Part shown: positions 46,794-58,075 of the stretch, piece by piece
Layout of the letters: the number at the start of each line of letters is the position of its first letter
How positions within the stretch are numbered: position 1 is the stretch's first letter
Assembly: GCF_965222475.1 (NCBI RefSeq)
Contig: NZ_CBDCUB010000001.1
Location: forward strand, 1,002,982 to 1,066,981
Reading direction: 5' to 3'
Length of the DNA stretch: 64,000 nucleotides
Source: Candidatus Palauibacter sp.
GTDB lineage: Bacteria; Gemmatimonadota; Gemmatimonadetes; Palauibacterales; Palauibacteraceae
The notes under the pieces: model-generated
What the model was told of the DNA's origin: nothing
The model's database searches: none
The model's input: the letters and a program-made list of their open reading frames with translations, nothing else
Program-made: the position numbers and the translations under genes

Positions 46794-47150
46794 ATGCACC
46801 CGCAACTCGAGCTGCTCCTCGAGATCCAGGACCTTCGGATGCAGCGCCGCGGTCTCGCCGATGGCACCCTCACGGATCTGGAGGCGGACGTCTTCGACAT
46901 CAAGATCGAGGACGCCATTCGATCGCTCGACGAAAAGGTCGAAGAGTTGGAGGGGCGTCTGGACCGCGGTGTCCGTGCACGCTACCACCGGATCGCCGAC
47001 AGCGCCCCGCGCGTCGTGGCGCCCGTCCTGAACGGGATCTGCTACGGGTGTTTCGTGGCCCTCTCGACGGCGCGGGCTTCCGAAGCGGACCGAAATCTGC
47101 GCGTGGATTCCTGCGAATACTGCGGCTGCTTCCTGTACCACCTGGAGTGA
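46794..47150 (+). CDS. coiled-coil + C4 zinc-ribbon protein (zf-RING_7/DUF164-like, short)
   Basis: C-terminal CYGC...CEYCG zinc ribbon after coiled-coil. Confidence 0.45.
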   Translation: MHPQLELLLEIQDLRMQRRGLADGTLTDLEADVFDIKIEDAIRSLDEKVEELEGRLDRGVRARYHRIADSAPRVVAPVLNGICYGCFVALSTARASEADRNLRVDSCEYCGCFLYHLE

Positions 47151-47153
47151 TGC

Positions 47154-49049
47154 TCAGCTGCGGGCCGCGAGCACCCTCCCCTCGGCCGTCCGCCGCGTCA
47201 CCCCTTCCCGGTCCAGGAATTCCAGCAGCGGGATCAGGTACTTGCGCGACAGTGTGAACGCCTCCTTGAAGCGGGTCGGCCCCGCCGGTGCGCCGTCGGC
47301 GAGGAGTTCCCGCACGCGCGCCTCGAGGGCTTCGAGAGCCGCCACGGAGACGTGGAGTTCGGGGGTGACGGCCCTCGTCGTTCCGGCCTCCCGAAGGAGA
47401 CGCAGCAGGTCATCGAGGAGCGGGCGGGCGAGTCGGAGCGTCTTGCCCAACTCGGTAACGAGCGGCGGCTGCAGACCGGCCTCCACGATCATCGCGGCGA
47501 GTCGGTCGCGCGCCGCCTCTTCCGCCTCGGTGAGCCGCGGGAGGTAGTCGGGAAGCGCGAGGCGCGGGCCGCTCTCGACCAGGCGGCCCTCCGCCAGCAG
47601 CCGTCGCACGGCCCGCTCGACCAGCTCGCCATCGCAGACATCCGTGAGAGCCGACCGCACGGCTTCCTTCGACACGGCGGCGGCGCGGCGGTCGGCCGCG
47701 TGCAGGCGCGAAACCGCCCGCTCCACGGCCCGCATGGCTTCGTCCGCCGCTTCGGCCGAGAACCAGCGGGCGCCGATGCGCACGCAACCCGCCTCGTCGG
47801 CCGCGGCCTCCAGCTCGGCGGGGGGGCGGCCGAGCCTTACCGGCGCGGGCACCACGAGGAGGCCGAGCAGCCCTTCGAGCCCTACGCTCGCGGTCAGAGC
47901 CTCCCCGGCGGTGCCATCGAGCACGCGACGCCACGCGGTCGTCCGCTCCGGCCAGTCGGGCGGCGGATCGAGTTCCGCGATGCGCACCCCGCCGATCGTC
48001 GACACCGGCGAGTAGAAGCGGAGGATCGCCCGGTCGCGCCCGCGGGCGAGCAGCGGCGCCTCCAGCGCGAGTACGGCCCAGGCGGCTTCGCCCGGCGGGA
48101 TCGGTGCCCGGTCCGCCGTATGCAACCGGGCCATGACTTCGCGCGTTCCGAGGTAGACGCGCAGACGCTGGCCATGCGTGAGCGGCCGGTCGCGAGCGGC
48201 CAGCGCCCGCACGCGCACGCCGAGCCGGTCGCTCGGCCTCCACTCCGCGCGCTCGACGAGCACGCTGCCTCGCTCCACGGCGCCCGCCGAGACGCCGACG
48301 AGCGCGACGGCGCACCGTCGACCCGCCGCCACCCGTGGCCGGGGATCCTCATGCACCTGGAGGCCGCGTACCCGTGCGGACGCGTCCCCGGGGAAGAGAC
48401 GCAGTGTATCGCCCACGCGCACGCAGCCGCTCCACACCGTGCCCGTGACGACCGTCCCCGTACCCCGAATGGAGAACGACCGGTCGACCGGGAGACGGAA
48501 GAGATCGTCCTCGCTCCGCCGGTGGACCCCGGCCACCAGGGACTGCAGGGAGCTTCGAAGCGTCTCGATCCCCTGCCCCGTGACGGAGGATACGGGGACG
48601 ATCTGCCAGGAAGCGCGAGCCGAGTCCTCATCCAGGAGTTCCCGCGTCGTCTCGGTCGCGAGTTCGAGCCACTCGGCGTCCACCCGGTCGCTCTTGGTGA
48701 GGGCTACGACCCCCCTCTTCACGTCCAGGAGCCGCACGATCGCCAGGTGTTCCCGCGTCTGCGGCATCGGCCCCTCGTCCGCCGCCACGACGAGGAGCAG
48801 CACGTCGATCCCCGTCGCCCCGGCGAGCATGTTCTTGAGGAAATCCTCGTGGCCCGGGACGTCGACGATGCCCGTCTCGAGGTCGGGATCGAGGTCGAGC
48901 CGCGCGAAACCGAGGTCGATCGTGAGTCCCCGGCGGCGCTCCTCGAGCCAGCGGTCCGTCTCGATCCCCGTCAGCGCCCGGACGAGGGCCGTCTTGCCAT
49001 GGTCCACATGGCCGGCCGTCCCGATGACGATCCCGCGACGGTCGCTCAC
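47154..49049 (-). CDS. selB: selenocysteine-specific translation elongation factor
   Basis: N-terminal EF-Tu-like GTPase [25 protein letters not shown]; about 300-aa C-terminal winged-helix extension typical of bacterial SelB. Confidence 0.8.
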   Translation of the reverse strand: MSDRRGIVIGTAGHVDHGKTALVRALTGIETDRWLEERRRGLTIDLGFARLDLDPDLETGIVDVPGHEDFLKNMLAGATGIDVLLLVVAADEGPMPQTREHLAIVRLLDVKRGVVALTKSDRVDAEWLELATETTRELLDEDSARASWQIVPVSSVTGQGIETLRSSLQSLVAGVHRRSEDDLFRLPVDRSFSIRGTGTVVTGTVWSGCVRVGDTLRLFPGDASARVRGLQVHEDPRPRVAAGRRCAVALVGVSAGAVERGSVLVERAEWRPSDRLGVRVRALAARDRPLTHGQRLRVYLGTREVMARLHTADRAPIPPGEAAWAVLALEAPLLARGRDRAILRFYSPVSTIGGVRIAELDPPPDWPERTTAWRRVLDGTAGEALTASVGLEGLLGLLVVPAPVRLGRPPAELEAAADEAGCVRIGARWFSAEAADEAMRAVERAVSRLHAADRRAAAVSKEAVRSALTDVCDGELVERAVRRLLAEGRLVESGPRLALPDYLPRLTEAEEAARDRLAAMIVEAGLQPPLVTELGKTLRLARPLLDDLLRLLREAGTTRAVTPELHVSVAALEALEARVRELLADGAPAGPTRFKEAFTLSRKYLIPLLEFLDREGVTRRTAEGRVLAARS

Positions 49050-49056
49050 GACGCCT

Positions 49057-49788
49057 TCACGTGAGGCGGCTCAGGAAGGGGAGCGATTTCAGCGTGGAGC
49101 CTTCCGCGAGATGGTGACGGATGAACTCGGCCAGCCAGAGACCCTGTTTCCCGACGGATCCGGCGTCCGCGGCGGGGAGCCCCTCCACCAGCCTTCGAAG
49201 GGTGTCGAGTTCGCCCGGGGCGAGTTGCGGACCGCCGGGTCCGCACGACGCGCACCGGAGTCCGCCGACCGCGAAATCGAAGCGGACGGACCCGCCGCCG
49301 ATCGGCCGCCGGCAGCCGACGCACCGATCGAGTTCGGGTCGGAAGCCGAGCACGTCGACGAGCCCCCATACATGCTCCAGACCGCCCGCCGGATCGCCTT
49401 CCCGCACGTTCCGGTGCAGCCCGTCCAGGCCCCGCGTCAACATCCGGTACAGTTCGATGTCGCGATGCTCCGGGGCGAGCCGCATCACGAGTTCGCACAG
49501 GACGGAGGCGACCGTGAACAGTGCGATGGACCGGTCGAGTCCACGACGGGCTCGCACCAGTTCGAAATCCGAGAGCGTGTGCAGGTCGCGCCCGTCCTTC
49601 GTGAAGAACGTCGCTTCCCCCTCCACGAACGGTTCGAGCAGACCTCCGAAGCGGCTCTTCGGGCGCAGAGCTCCCCGAGCCAGCGCCGAGCACGGCCCGA
49701 GTTCCCACGTCATCAGCCGCAGGATCTTGCTGGTTTCGCTATACCGGTACGTCTGGAGGACGACCGCGCGGGTGGTGACGAGGCTCAC
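49057..49788 (-). CDS. recO: DNA repair protein RecO
   Basis: N-terminal OB-fold [19 protein letters not shown]; C-terminal C..C...C..C zinc motif CVGC...CASCG. Confidence 0.8.
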   Translation of the reverse strand: MSLVTTRAVVLQTYRYSETSKILRLMTWELGPCSALARGALRPKSRFGGLLEPFVEGEATFFTKDGRDLHTLSDFELVRARRGLDRSIALFTVASVLCELVMRLAPEHRDIELYRMLTRGLDGLHRNVREGDPAGGLEHVWGLVDVLGFRPELDRCVGCRRPIGGGSVRFDFAVGGLRCASCGPGGPQLAPGELDTLRRLVEGLPAADAGSVGKQGLWLAEFIRHHLAEGSTLKSLPFLSRLT

Positions 49789-49812
49789 CCGTCTCGCTGC
49801 TCCGGTCCTGCC

Positions 49813-50940
49813 TCAGCGCATCAGGATGTCGGTCGTTCCCGCCCCGACCGCGACGTCGGCGATGAACTCGCCCGTCGCTTCGAGGAGGACGAGGCGTCCC
49901 TGAGACGCCGTTTCGTAGGTGGCACAGAGCACCTGGCTGTCGACGAACGAGGTGGCGACCCGGCAACTGAGGTTCGACCCATCCCGGTCGAGCGGCTGAA
50001 GGGGGTTGTCCGGCCCGCGGTCGAAGTTCCGGGTGGAGAAGTTGAACGACAGGATGTCGGTCTCCGCCGTCCCCGGCCCCTTGGTCCGTACGACGTAAAT
50101 GAGGCCGTTCCGACCCGGCTCCATCGAGACGCCGTTCCCGCCGAGTACGTGCACGTCCTGCACGTCGCGGCTGGCCATGTCGATTTCCACCAGGTGGCCA
50201 TCGCCCGCGGGGGCGGCCATCACGGAATCCAGACCTCCCCCGGCCAGGAAGAGGAGGTTTTCCTGGAGCGCGAGGGCCTCTGTCGCTCCCACGATCCCCT
50301 CCGGAAGCCTCACCTCATCGAAATAGCTGCCGCTCACGAATTCGTGAAGCACCACGCGGGATGGGCCGATGGGCCGACCATCTCCTTCGTCATCGAGGTT
50401 GCCGTCCATCGAGACGATGTAGAGACCCGCCGGCACGGCCCGTTCCGGGAAGGTGCCGACGCCCTCGATGAGCAGCTGCGCGGTCGGGCTGCCCGGAAAC
50501 GCGATATAGATCCCGTCCCGCCCGCGGGAGGGCACGAGGGCCCCGAGCGTCCCGCTCGCGTCCGCGATCACCGTCGGCTTGGCCGGGTCCACGGCGGCGT
50601 TGTCCGGGAACATCGCGATCGCCTGCTCGCCGGTCGAGAAGGATCCGAAGATGACCTGGCTGCCCCCCGGCGACTCCGAGGTCGTCACCCACAGATCCTG
50701 GAGGAAGTCCGCGGTTTGACCGTTGAACCCGGCACCCAGCTGGATATCCCGGCCGAACGGAACGAGGCGCCCGTCGATCCGATTGAACTGCTGCAGCGTA
50801 CCCGAAATCGAATTGAGGACCGCCACCTCGGATCTGTCCGGCGTGATCGGGCCCCCGTTCCCGTCCGGCCCGGTCGATTCGTTGCAGCCGGCCGCGACGG
50901 CGGCCAGCAAGCATACCCGCACCCATTCGCGCTTCCGCAT
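49813..50940 (-). CDS. lipoprotein, beta-propeller-like, unknown function
   Basis: Lipobox LLAAVAAGC; repetitive beta-rich sequence. Confidence 0.45.
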   Translation of the reverse strand: MRKREWVRVCLLAAVAAGCNESTGPDGNGGPITPDRSEVAVLNSISGTLQQFNRIDGRLVPFGRDIQLGAGFNGQTADFLQDLWVTTSESPGGSQVIFGSFSTGEQAIAMFPDNAAVDPAKPTVIADASGTLGALVPSRGRDGIYIAFPGSPTAQLLIEGVGTFPERAVPAGLYIVSMDGNLDDEGDGRPIGPSRVVLHEFVSGSYFDEVRLPEGIVGATEALALQENLLFLAGGGLDSVMAAPAGDGHLVEIDMASRDVQDVHVLGGNGVSMEPGRNGLIYVVRTKGPGTAETDILSFNFSTRNFDRGPDNPLQPLDRDGSNLSCRVATSFVDSQVLCATYETASQGRLVLLEATGEFIADVAVGAGTTDILMR

Positions 50941-51068
50941 TCTCTTCTCCTCTTGTGGCCCGATGTCGCAGGTACGCGTTCATCCGCCGCGCACGGGACG
51001 GGGCGCGCCGCATGCGGCAACCTCCGGCCCCGAAGTGTGGCCGCCCGAGACGTTCCTCGCGACCCCCG

Positions 51069-51932
51069 TCAAGTGTAACGTCCGACGACCCCCAAGTCGC
51101 GACGCGGCTCCCGCGAGGCGGCCTCCCGGGACCGCGCCCGGACAGGCAGCACCGAATGGCCCAGCTCCCCCAGCGGCTGAACGCTGACATCGCAACCATA
51201 GGCCTCGCCCAGCGCGGGTGAGAGCAGGACCTCACCGGGGCGGCCTGCCCCGACGACCCGCCCCCGGGAAAGGAGGATCAGCCGGTCGGCGTACCGGCTC
51301 GCGAGCTGCATGTCGTGCGTGATGCAGATGACGGTGAGCGCTTCGTCGCGCACCCGGGCCCGGAGCGCATCGAACACCCAGAGCGCGTGCCGGAAGTCGA
51401 GGTGCGCGGAGGGTTCGTCAAGGACGAGGACGCCGGGCTCCTGCGCGAGCGCGCGGGCAAGCTTGGCGCGCTGGCGTTCTCCCCCGGAGAGTTGAGCGAG
51501 CGGACGCGACGCGAGGCGATCGAGGTCCGCCCACGCGAGTACGCGGTCCGTGACCTCCCGGTCTCGGGCTCCAAGTGCCGCCCAGGGACTCACGTACGGG
51601 TTGCGACCGAGTTCCACGTAGGCCCGCAGGCTGATGCGGAGGGCCTCGGGCGGCGCGTCCTGGGACACCACCGCGACGCGGCGGGCCAGCGCCCGGCGAC
51701 TCCACTCCGGGAGGGACCGGTCGTCGAGCCGCACGGAACCCGCCGTGGGCGCGAGGATGCCCCCCAACAGGCGCACCAGGGTGCTCTTCCCGGCCCCGTT
51801 CGGACCGATGATGGCGGTAAACGCCGCCTCGCGGAGTTCCAGCGTGACATCCCGAACGGCCGCGGCCGCGGCGCCCGGATACCGGAACGTCACGCCATCG
51901 AGACCGTACGCCGTCCGGACGCCTTCAGCCAT
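51069..51932 (-). CDS. btuD: ABC transporter ATPase, iron-siderophore/cobalamin type
   Basis: [24 protein letters not shown]; downstream of a B12 riboswitch. Confidence 0.75.
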   Translation of the reverse strand: MAEGVRTAYGLDGVTFRYPGAAAAAVRDVTLELREAAFTAIIGPNGAGKSTLVRLLGGILAPTAGSVRLDDRSLPEWSRRALARRVAVVSQDAPPEALRISLRAYVELGRNPYVSPWAALGARDREVTDRVLAWADLDRLASRPLAQLSGGERQRAKLARALAQEPGVLVLDEPSAHLDFRHALWVFDALRARVRDEALTVICITHDMQLASRYADRLILLSRGRVVGAGRPGEVLLSPALGEAYGCDVSVQPLGELGHSVLPVRARSREAASREPRRDLGVVGRYT

Positions 51933-52914
51933 GGGTCCGCTTGAGGAGCACGAGGAAGAGCGGTACGCCGATGAGGGCGGTCACGACGCCGACCGGGAGT
52001 TCCAGCGGCCGGAGCGCGGTTCGGGCGACCATGTCCGCCAGAACGAGGGCGGCGGCGCCTCCGAGCGCACCGAGCGGGAGAAGCGTGCGGTGGTCACCGC
52101 CCCACAGCATGCGGGCGCCGTGCGGCACGACGAGGCCGACGAAACCGATCACCCCCGCCGTGCTCACCGCCACCGCGGCCAGCAGCGATGCGATCAGGTA
52201 GGCCGCACGGTTGATCAGTTCCACGCGGGCGCCCAGGTACGCGGCCGCTTCCTCTCCGAGCGCGAGCGCGTTGAGATGCCGCGACATCCCGAAGGCGAGC
52301 GCCCCGCCGCCGAGCACCGTCGCGGCGAGGATGGTCGTCGACTCCCATCCCACCCGCTCGAGGCTCCCCATCGTCCACAGGATGGCGGACCGGGTCGCAT
52401 CCGCCTCGGCCACGGAGAGCAGGAGCATCACGCCCGCCCCGAAGAAGGCGGCAACGACGACCCCCGCGAGGATGAGCACATGCGTATCCAGACGACCGAC
52501 CCCGAGGGCGACGCGAAACACGATCGCGATTGCGACCAGCGCACCCGCCAGCGCGAAACCCGCCGTGCCCGCGGGGCCGAGCGCCCCGCCCAGCACGGTC
52601 AGCGCGAGGACCGCACCCAGCGCCGCGCCCGACGAGACGCCGAGCAGGTATGGCTCCGCGAGCGGGTTGCGAAGGAGGGCCTGGAACAGGGTACCGGATA
52701 CCGCCAGCGCGATCCCGGTGAGCGCGGCGGCCACCACCCGGGGGAGACGCAGCGAGAGGACGATCGTCCGGGACGAGGGATCGACATCGAGACCCGCGAA
52801 CGCCCGCCACACCTCCGCCGGAGACACGGTCGCCGCACCGAACAGGAGCCCGAGGAGCATCGCCCCCGCGAGGAGGAGGAAGAGGAGGAGCGCCCCGCGG
52901 CCGGGCCGCCTCAC
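51925..52914 (-). CDS. btuC: FecCD-family permease
   Basis: 329 aa multi-TM FecCD permease; GTG start overlaps btuF stop (GTGA). Confidence 0.75.
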   Translation of the reverse strand: MRRPGRGALLLFLLLAGAMLLGLLFGAATVSPAEVWRAFAGLDVDPSSRTIVLSLRLPRVVAAALTGIALAVSGTLFQALLRNPLAEPYLLGVSSGAALGAVLALTVLGGALGPAGTAGFALAGALVAIAIVFRVALGVGRLDTHVLILAGVVVAAFFGAGVMLLLSVAEADATRSAILWTMGSLERVGWESTTILAATVLGGGALAFGMSRHLNALALGEEAAAYLGARVELINRAAYLIASLLAAVAVSTAGVIGFVGLVVPHGARMLWGGDHRTLLPLGALGGAAALVLADMVARTALRPLELPVGVVTALIGVPLFLVLLKRTHG

Positions 52915-53831
52915 GATCGGCAGGGAGGGTCGGAGGGCGCCGGAACGTACGGGAGGACCCCGTGCAGCGCCCCGGCGATGGCCCACGCCGCCTCGGCCAC
53001 GCGCGGACCGAGGCGGGTCACGACGTCCCGGTCCAGCGTAGTGATGCGCCCGGCCGAAACCGCGGGGATGCGCTCCCAGCCGTTCCGGGCGGCGAAGTCG
53101 GGTTGCCTGTCCAGCGCCTCCCCCGGCACCGCGGCGAGGATGCGTTCCGGATCCCGCTCGATGATCGCCTCGAGGCTGACCCGAGGCGAGGCCGCGTCGA
53201 GATCGCCGAAGACGTTCGCCGCGCCCGCGATCGCGAGGAGCGAATCGATGAAGCTGCCGCGCCCGATCGTCATCGGCGGCTCCGCCCAGGCGTCGTAGTA
53301 GACGCGGATGGGCAGCCGGCCCTTCGTCGCCGCCGACACCGCCGCGAGCCCGCGCTCGATCCGGTCGACCAGCACGCGCCCGCCCGCCGGACACCCGACG
53401 ACCTCACCCAGGCGCAGGATGTTGCGCCGCAGGTCCTCCAGGGTGTCATGACGCAAGGCGAGGGTGGGCACCCCCAGCCGCCCGAGCCGCTCCCGGCTCG
53501 TTCGGTTCGCCTCCCCATCGTAGAGGATGACGAGATCCGGATTCCGCGCGACAACGGCCTCCATGGCGGGATGGATTCCGTCGCCCACATCCGGGATGCG
53601 CCGCGCCGCGGGCGGATACACCCCCCAGCGCGTGCGGCCCACGATCCGGTCTCCGGCTCCGAGACCGAAGAGGATCTCCGTCGCCGCGGGCACGAGGGAA
53701 ACGATGCGACGGGGGTCGGCGGCCGGCTGTGCTCCCTCGGGCTGCCCGCGCCCGCCCGGTTGCGGAGCGGCGCAGGCGGCTGCGGCAACGGCCAGCACAA
53801 GGTGCGAAGCGAATCCGGCGTGTCGTCTCAT
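52911..53831 (-). CDS. btuF: periplasmic cobalamin/siderophore-binding protein
   Basis: Signal/lipobox LAVAAAACAA; RIVSLVPAATEILFGLGAGDRIVG class III PBP start. Confidence 0.7.
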   Translation of the reverse strand: MRRHAGFASHLVLAVAAAACAAPQPGGRGQPEGAQPAADPRRIVSLVPAATEILFGLGAGDRIVGRTRWGVYPPAARRIPDVGDGIHPAMEAVVARNPDLVILYDGEANRTSRERLGRLGVPTLALRHDTLEDLRRNILRLGEVVGCPAGGRVLVDRIERGLAAVSAATKGRLPIRVYYDAWAEPPMTIGRGSFIDSLLAIAGAANVFGDLDAASPRVSLEAIIERDPERILAAVPGEALDRQPDFAARNGWERIPAVSAGRITTLDRDVVTRLGPRVAEAAWAIAGALHGVLPYVPAPSDPPCRS

Positions 53832-53879
53832 CCCCGCTCCCGAATCGAGCGGGGCGCCGCGATGGCCCACACGGCGGCA

Positions 53880-54050
53880 GGCCGGCCCCGCTCTTCCCGC
53901 GAAGAGCTTGCGTAGGGGGCATGGAGGAGCACGTCTCCTGGCTCGAGGCTCTTTCCGCGCTGCGACGCGGGCCTCTCACAGTGGCGGGGCCGCGCCGGAT
54001 TCTCACCGGCTTCCGTTTGCCCGTCCATGTCTCCGAGCGTGGCCGGAAGA
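53880..54050 (-). promoter_or_regulatory. cobalamin (AdoCbl) riboswitch in the btuFCD leader
   Basis: Minus-strand sense GGAAGCCGGTGAGAATCCGGCGCGGCCCCGCCACTGTGAGAGG ... GCCAGGAGAC: B12-box GCCACTG and conserved core. Confidence 0.7.
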
Positions 54051-54095
54051 TGCGCGCGCCGCGGCGGGACCCGCAAGCGCGCGCCGCCGGGCCGC

Positions 54096-54656
54096 TCAGG
54101 GCTCGAAGCGTCCGAAGTCCTCCGGATCCAGGCTCTTGAGGTAGTCGCTGAGCGCCTCCTCCGAACGCTCCGCCTCCCCGGTCCCGGAGACACCTCGCGG
54201 GTCGTCGGCGGGGTCCTCCGCGGCGTCCTCCAGCCCCCCCTCCGCGATTCCGAAGGGAGAGGTCTCCAGCAGACCCTCCTCCGCATAGATCGGGGCCTCG
54301 GCCCGGAGGGCGAGCGCAATGCTGTCGCTGGGGCGCGAATCGATGGAGATGAACTCGCCGTTCCGGCGGAAGACGAGGGATGCGTAGTACGTGTTGTCGA
54401 TGACCTTCGTGATGAGGACGCGCACGAACGCGCTTCCGAGCCCGCGAACGACGGCGTTGAACAGATCGTGCGTGAGGGGGCGGGCGAACCGGACGCCGGC
54501 CAGTTCCATCGCGATCGCGGACGCCTCCCCCGGCCCGATCCAGATCGGGAGGATGCGCTCCCCCTCCTTCTCCTTCAGGATGACGACCGGCGCCCCCGAG
54601 GTCCGGTCGACCCCGAGGCTGGCCACCGTGACCTCGCACATGGTGCTCTCACTCAC
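54096..54656 (-). CDS. bifunctional nuclease (BFN/DUF151) domain protein
   Basis: VVILKEKEGERILPIWIGPGEASAIAMELAG ... typical BFN core. Confidence 0.55.
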   Translation of the reverse strand: MSESTMCEVTVASLGVDRTSGAPVVILKEKEGERILPIWIGPGEASAIAMELAGVRFARPLTHDLFNAVVRGLGSAFVRVLITKVIDNTYYASLVFRRNGEFISIDSRPSDSIALALRAEAPIYAEEGLLETSPFGIAEGGLEDAAEDPADDPRGVSGTGEAERSEEALSDYLKSLDPEDFGRFEP

Positions 54657-54677
54657 GCGGACGCCCTCCGACCGCCG

Positions 54678-55838
54678 TCATCCCGCGAGCGCCTCGACCT
54701 GATCCGTGCGTTCCCACGTGAACTCTCCGTCCTTCGCGCGGCGACCGAAATGACCGTAGGTGGCCGTCCGGCGGTAGATCGGGCGGCGCAGCCCCAACCG
54801 CTCGATGATCGCACCCGGTCTCAGGTCGAAGACTCTCGATACGCGGCGGGCCAGTTCGTCGTCGCTCACGTTTCCGGTACCGAAGCTGTCGACCATGACG
54901 CTCACGGGTTCCGCAACTCCGATCGCATACGCGAGTTGGACCTCGACCCGCTGGACGAGACCCGCCGCCACCAGGTTCTTGGCGATCCAGCGCGCCGCGT
55001 AGGCCGCGGACCGGTCCACCTTCGAGGGGTCCTTGCCGGAGAAGGCGCCGCCCCCGTGCCGCCCCATGCCCCCGTACGTGTCCACAATGATCTTCCGGCC
55101 CGTGAGCCCGGCGTCCCCCTGCGGTCCCCCGATCTCGAACCGGCCCGTCGGGTTGATGTGATATCGGACTTCGTTCCGGTCGTACAGCTCCGGGGGGAGC
55201 ACCGGGGTGATGACGCCGTCGATGATCGCCTCCGCGATCGCGTCCTGCCCGACACCCTCGTCGTGCTGGGCCGAGACCACGACGGTGTCGACCCGGACGG
55301 GCTCCCCGTCGCGGTACACGACGGACACCTGGGCCTTGCCGTCCGGCCGGAGCCACGGGATTTTGCCGGACTTCCGAACTTCGGCGAGACGCCGCACCAG
55401 CCCGTGTGCCAGCATGATGGGCCGCGGCATCAATTCGGGCGTCTCATCCGTCGCATACCCGAACATCATGCCCTGGTCGCCGGCACCGCCGACGTCCACG
55501 CCCCGCGCGATGTTCTGTGACTGCTCGTCGATCGCGGTGAGGACGCTGCACTGGTCGCACTGGATGCCGTGCTCGGCCCGCGTGTATCCGATATCCCGCA
55601 ACACCGAACGGGCGATCTCGGAGATGTTGATCTTCGCGCGGGTCGTGATCTCTCCCGTAATCAGGACGAGTCCGGTCGTCACGAGTGTCTCGCAGGCGAC
55701 CCGGCCCTCGGGGTCTTCCGACAGGATCCCATCGAGGACCGCGTCGGAGATCTGGTCGGCGATCTTGTCGGGATGGCCCTCGGTGACCGATTCCGAGGAG
55801 AACGGTTGTGTCCCCTTGACCAAACTGGCTCTCCGCAT
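54678..55838 (-). CDS. metK: S-adenosylmethionine synthetase
   Basis: [45 protein letters not shown]. Confidence 0.9.
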   Translation of the reverse strand: MRRASLVKGTQPFSSESVTEGHPDKIADQISDAVLDGILSEDPEGRVACETLVTTGLVLITGEITTRAKINISEIARSVLRDIGYTRAEHGIQCDQCSVLTAIDEQSQNIARGVDVGGAGDQGMMFGYATDETPELMPRPIMLAHGLVRRLAEVRKSGKIPWLRPDGKAQVSVVYRDGEPVRVDTVVVSAQHDEGVGQDAIAEAIIDGVITPVLPPELYDRNEVRYHINPTGRFEIGGPQGDAGLTGRKIIVDTYGGMGRHGGGAFSGKDPSKVDRSAAYAARWIAKNLVAAGLVQRVEVQLAYAIGVAEPVSVMVDSFGTGNVSDDELARRVSRVFDLRPGAIIERLGLRRPIYRRTATYGHFGRRAKDGEFTWERTDQVEALAG

Positions 55839-55942
55839 CAGAGGTTTGCGCCGTGACGCTGCTTTGCGCGGGGCGGCCAAGATAGTGGCCGCCGGGCACC
55901 CCCCAGGCAACGTGGCCACGGACGGCCACCCGCCGCGGGCGG

Positions 55943-57691
55943 TCAGGGCATCGAGAGCGACGGTGGACTCGAGGGGACCACCTCCGCGAGATAGCCGCGC
56001 AGTTGTCGGCGCAGTTCCGCCCCTCCATCCGCGAGGCCGCCGCGGGCCCAGACCCGCTCCAGCTTCGCCGTGGAAAGCAGGCCCACGAGTTCGCGCACCT
56101 CCGGGATCGACGCGGGGGCGAGGCTGAAGTCCCGGTAGCCGAGAGCGAGCAGCAGGGCGAGGCCGATGGGGTCGGCCGCCAGATCGCCGCACACCCCGAT
56201 CTCGAGCTCCAGGTCGCCCGCGGCGTCGAACACGCGGCGATAGCTGCGCACCATCGCCGGGTGAAGCGGGTCCGACAGGTGCTGCAGTCTGGCGTTCCCG
56301 CGGTCCACGGCGAGCGAATACTGGGTTAGATCGTTCGTACCGAGGCTGATGAAGTCGAGGTGGCGTCCGACCAGATCGAGCGTCTCCGCCAGGGCCGGCG
56401 TCTCCACCATGACGCCGAACGGAACCCGCCCCGGATGACCGAGTTCCTCCCGCACGCCGTGCACGATCTCCTTCGTGCGCAGGATCTCCAGCTCGGAAAT
56501 GACGAAGGGGACGAGGATCCGCATGCGGCTCCCCTCCCCGCCCGCCCGGATCGCGGCGCGCAGCTGGTTCCGGAACAGCACCGGCTGGTCCAGGCACACC
56601 CGGATGGCGCGCCACCCCAGATACGGGTTTTCCTCGGGTGGAATGTCGAGGAAGAGGGGGAACTTGTCGCCGCCTATGTCGAACGTGCGCAGCGTCACCG
56701 GATGTCCCGGGAAGCCCTCGACGACCTCGCGGTAGGCCTCGTACTGCTCCTCCTCGCTCGGGATCACGCGCCGGCCGATGACGAGGAACTCGGACCGGAA
56801 CAGGCCGACCCCCTCCGCGCCCACGCGACGCGCGGCGGGGACGTCGTGGGGCTGGTCGATGTTCGCCCGCAGGTGCACGCGCACCCCATCGGCCGTGAAC
56901 AACGGGCCCGGGCCGCACTCGAACCCGACGTCCGGCACTTCCGAAAAGCGCCGGACCCTCTGGAGGTGCGCCGCCACTTCGGCGGCCTCCGGCCTCAGGA
57001 CGACCCGGCCGGTGCCGCCATCGAGGAGCACCGCATCCCCGTCCGCGACGCTCGCGAGATCGCTCCCGAGTCCGACGACCGCCGGGATGCCGAGCGACCG
57101 CGCGAGGAGCGTGCTGTGCGACGTCCGGGACCCGGACCCGCTCGCGACGCCCAGCACGAGATCCGGATCGAGCCGGACCGCGACCTGCGGCGTGAGGTCT
57201 TCCGTCACGATCACCGCCTCCTCCTTCGGGAGCGCGAGCGGGTCTCCCTCGTGACCGGCGAGACGGGCGAGCACGCGGGAGCGGATGTCCCGCAGGTCGG
57301 CGAGGCGGTCCACGACCATGAGGTGTCCCACGTCCAGGATCGCGGTGCGGAGTTCCGTCAGGCGCCAATCGAAGGCGCGCTCCGCGGAGAGGAAGTTCTC
57401 GCGGATGTAGCGGATGGTGCCCGACACGAGCTCCGGATCCGAGAGGATGAGGATCTGGGGGTCGAAGATATTCGCCTCGACCTCTCCCAGCGAACGGGAG
57501 GCGCGCTCGCGCGTGTCACGGATGCGGTCGGCGGCCCACCGGAGCGCTTCCTCCAACCGTTCGACCTCGCGTTCCACCGCGTCCGCGGCGATGGTCCGGT
57601 GCTCGGGACGCCACGGGTGTGCCTCGAGCCGCCGGACCGTCCCCAGGGCCCGGCCCGGAGAAGCGCCGATGCCGTGGATTATCTCTCGCAC
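55943..57691 (-). CDS. ptsI: phosphoenolpyruvate-protein phosphotransferase (PTS enzyme I)
   Basis: GIGASPG N-terminus, GGRTSHSAILAR-like ...[25 protein letters not shown]-utilising C-terminal domain; GTG 57691. Confidence 0.8.
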   Translation of the reverse strand: MREIIHGIGASPGRALGTVRRLEAHPWRPEHRTIAADAVEREVERLEEALRWAADRIRDTRERASRSLGEVEANIFDPQILILSDPELVSGTIRYIRENFLSAERAFDWRLTELRTAILDVGHLMVVDRLADLRDIRSRVLARLAGHEGDPLALPKEEAVIVTEDLTPQVAVRLDPDLVLGVASGSGSRTSHSTLLARSLGIPAVVGLGSDLASVADGDAVLLDGGTGRVVLRPEAAEVAAHLQRVRRFSEVPDVGFECGPGPLFTADGVRVHLRANIDQPHDVPAARRVGAEGVGLFRSEFLVIGRRVIPSEEEQYEAYREVVEGFPGHPVTLRTFDIGGDKFPLFLDIPPEENPYLGWRAIRVCLDQPVLFRNQLRAAIRAGGEGSRMRILVPFVISELEILRTKEIVHGVREELGHPGRVPFGVMVETPALAETLDLVGRHLDFISLGTNDLTQYSLAVDRGNARLQHLSDPLHPAMVRSYRRVFDAAGDLELEIGVCGDLAADPIGLALLLALGYRDFSLAPASIPEVRELVGLLSTAKLERVWARGGLADGGAELRRQLRGYLAEVVPSSPPSLSMP

Positions 57692-57996
57692 GGGGGCTCC
57701 GTACCGGCTCCGTCCGTGACGAGTTCCTCGGAAAAGCCCGACGTCACGAGCGCCATGAGGGCGTCCACCGCCGACGCCGCATCGGACCCCTCCGCCCGGA
57801 TGCGAATCGAGGACCCGGCCTCCGCGGCGAGCATCATCACGCCCATGATGCTCTTCCCGTTCACTTTCACCTCCTCCTTCTCCACCCACACTTCGGCATC
57901 GAACCGGCTGGCCAGTTTCACGAACTCGGCCGCCGGGCGGGCGTGCAATCCCAGCCGGTTCCGAATATGAACCGCTCCTTCGTGTCGTGTCTTCAC
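57679..57996 (-). CDS. ptsH: phosphocarrier protein HPr
   Basis: HIRNRLGLHARPAAEFV (active-site His + Ser region); GTG 57996 after GGAG. Confidence 0.7.
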   Translation of the reverse strand: MKTRHEGAVHIRNRLGLHARPAAEFVKLASRFDAEVWVEKEEVKVNGKSIMGVMMLAAEAGSSIRIRAEGSDAASAVDALMALVTSGFSEELVTDGAGTEPPCER

Positions 57997-58075
57997 AGAT
58001 ACCCTTCGCTCCGGTCGAGCGAACGATTGGTTTCGGGCCGTACTTCGCCGGGGGTGCCGGCGGCCATCCACATGC

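Noticed and set aside
48178-51078. 966-aa plus-strand ORF
   Set aside because: Antisense to selB, recO and the lipoprotein. It has no domain signal.
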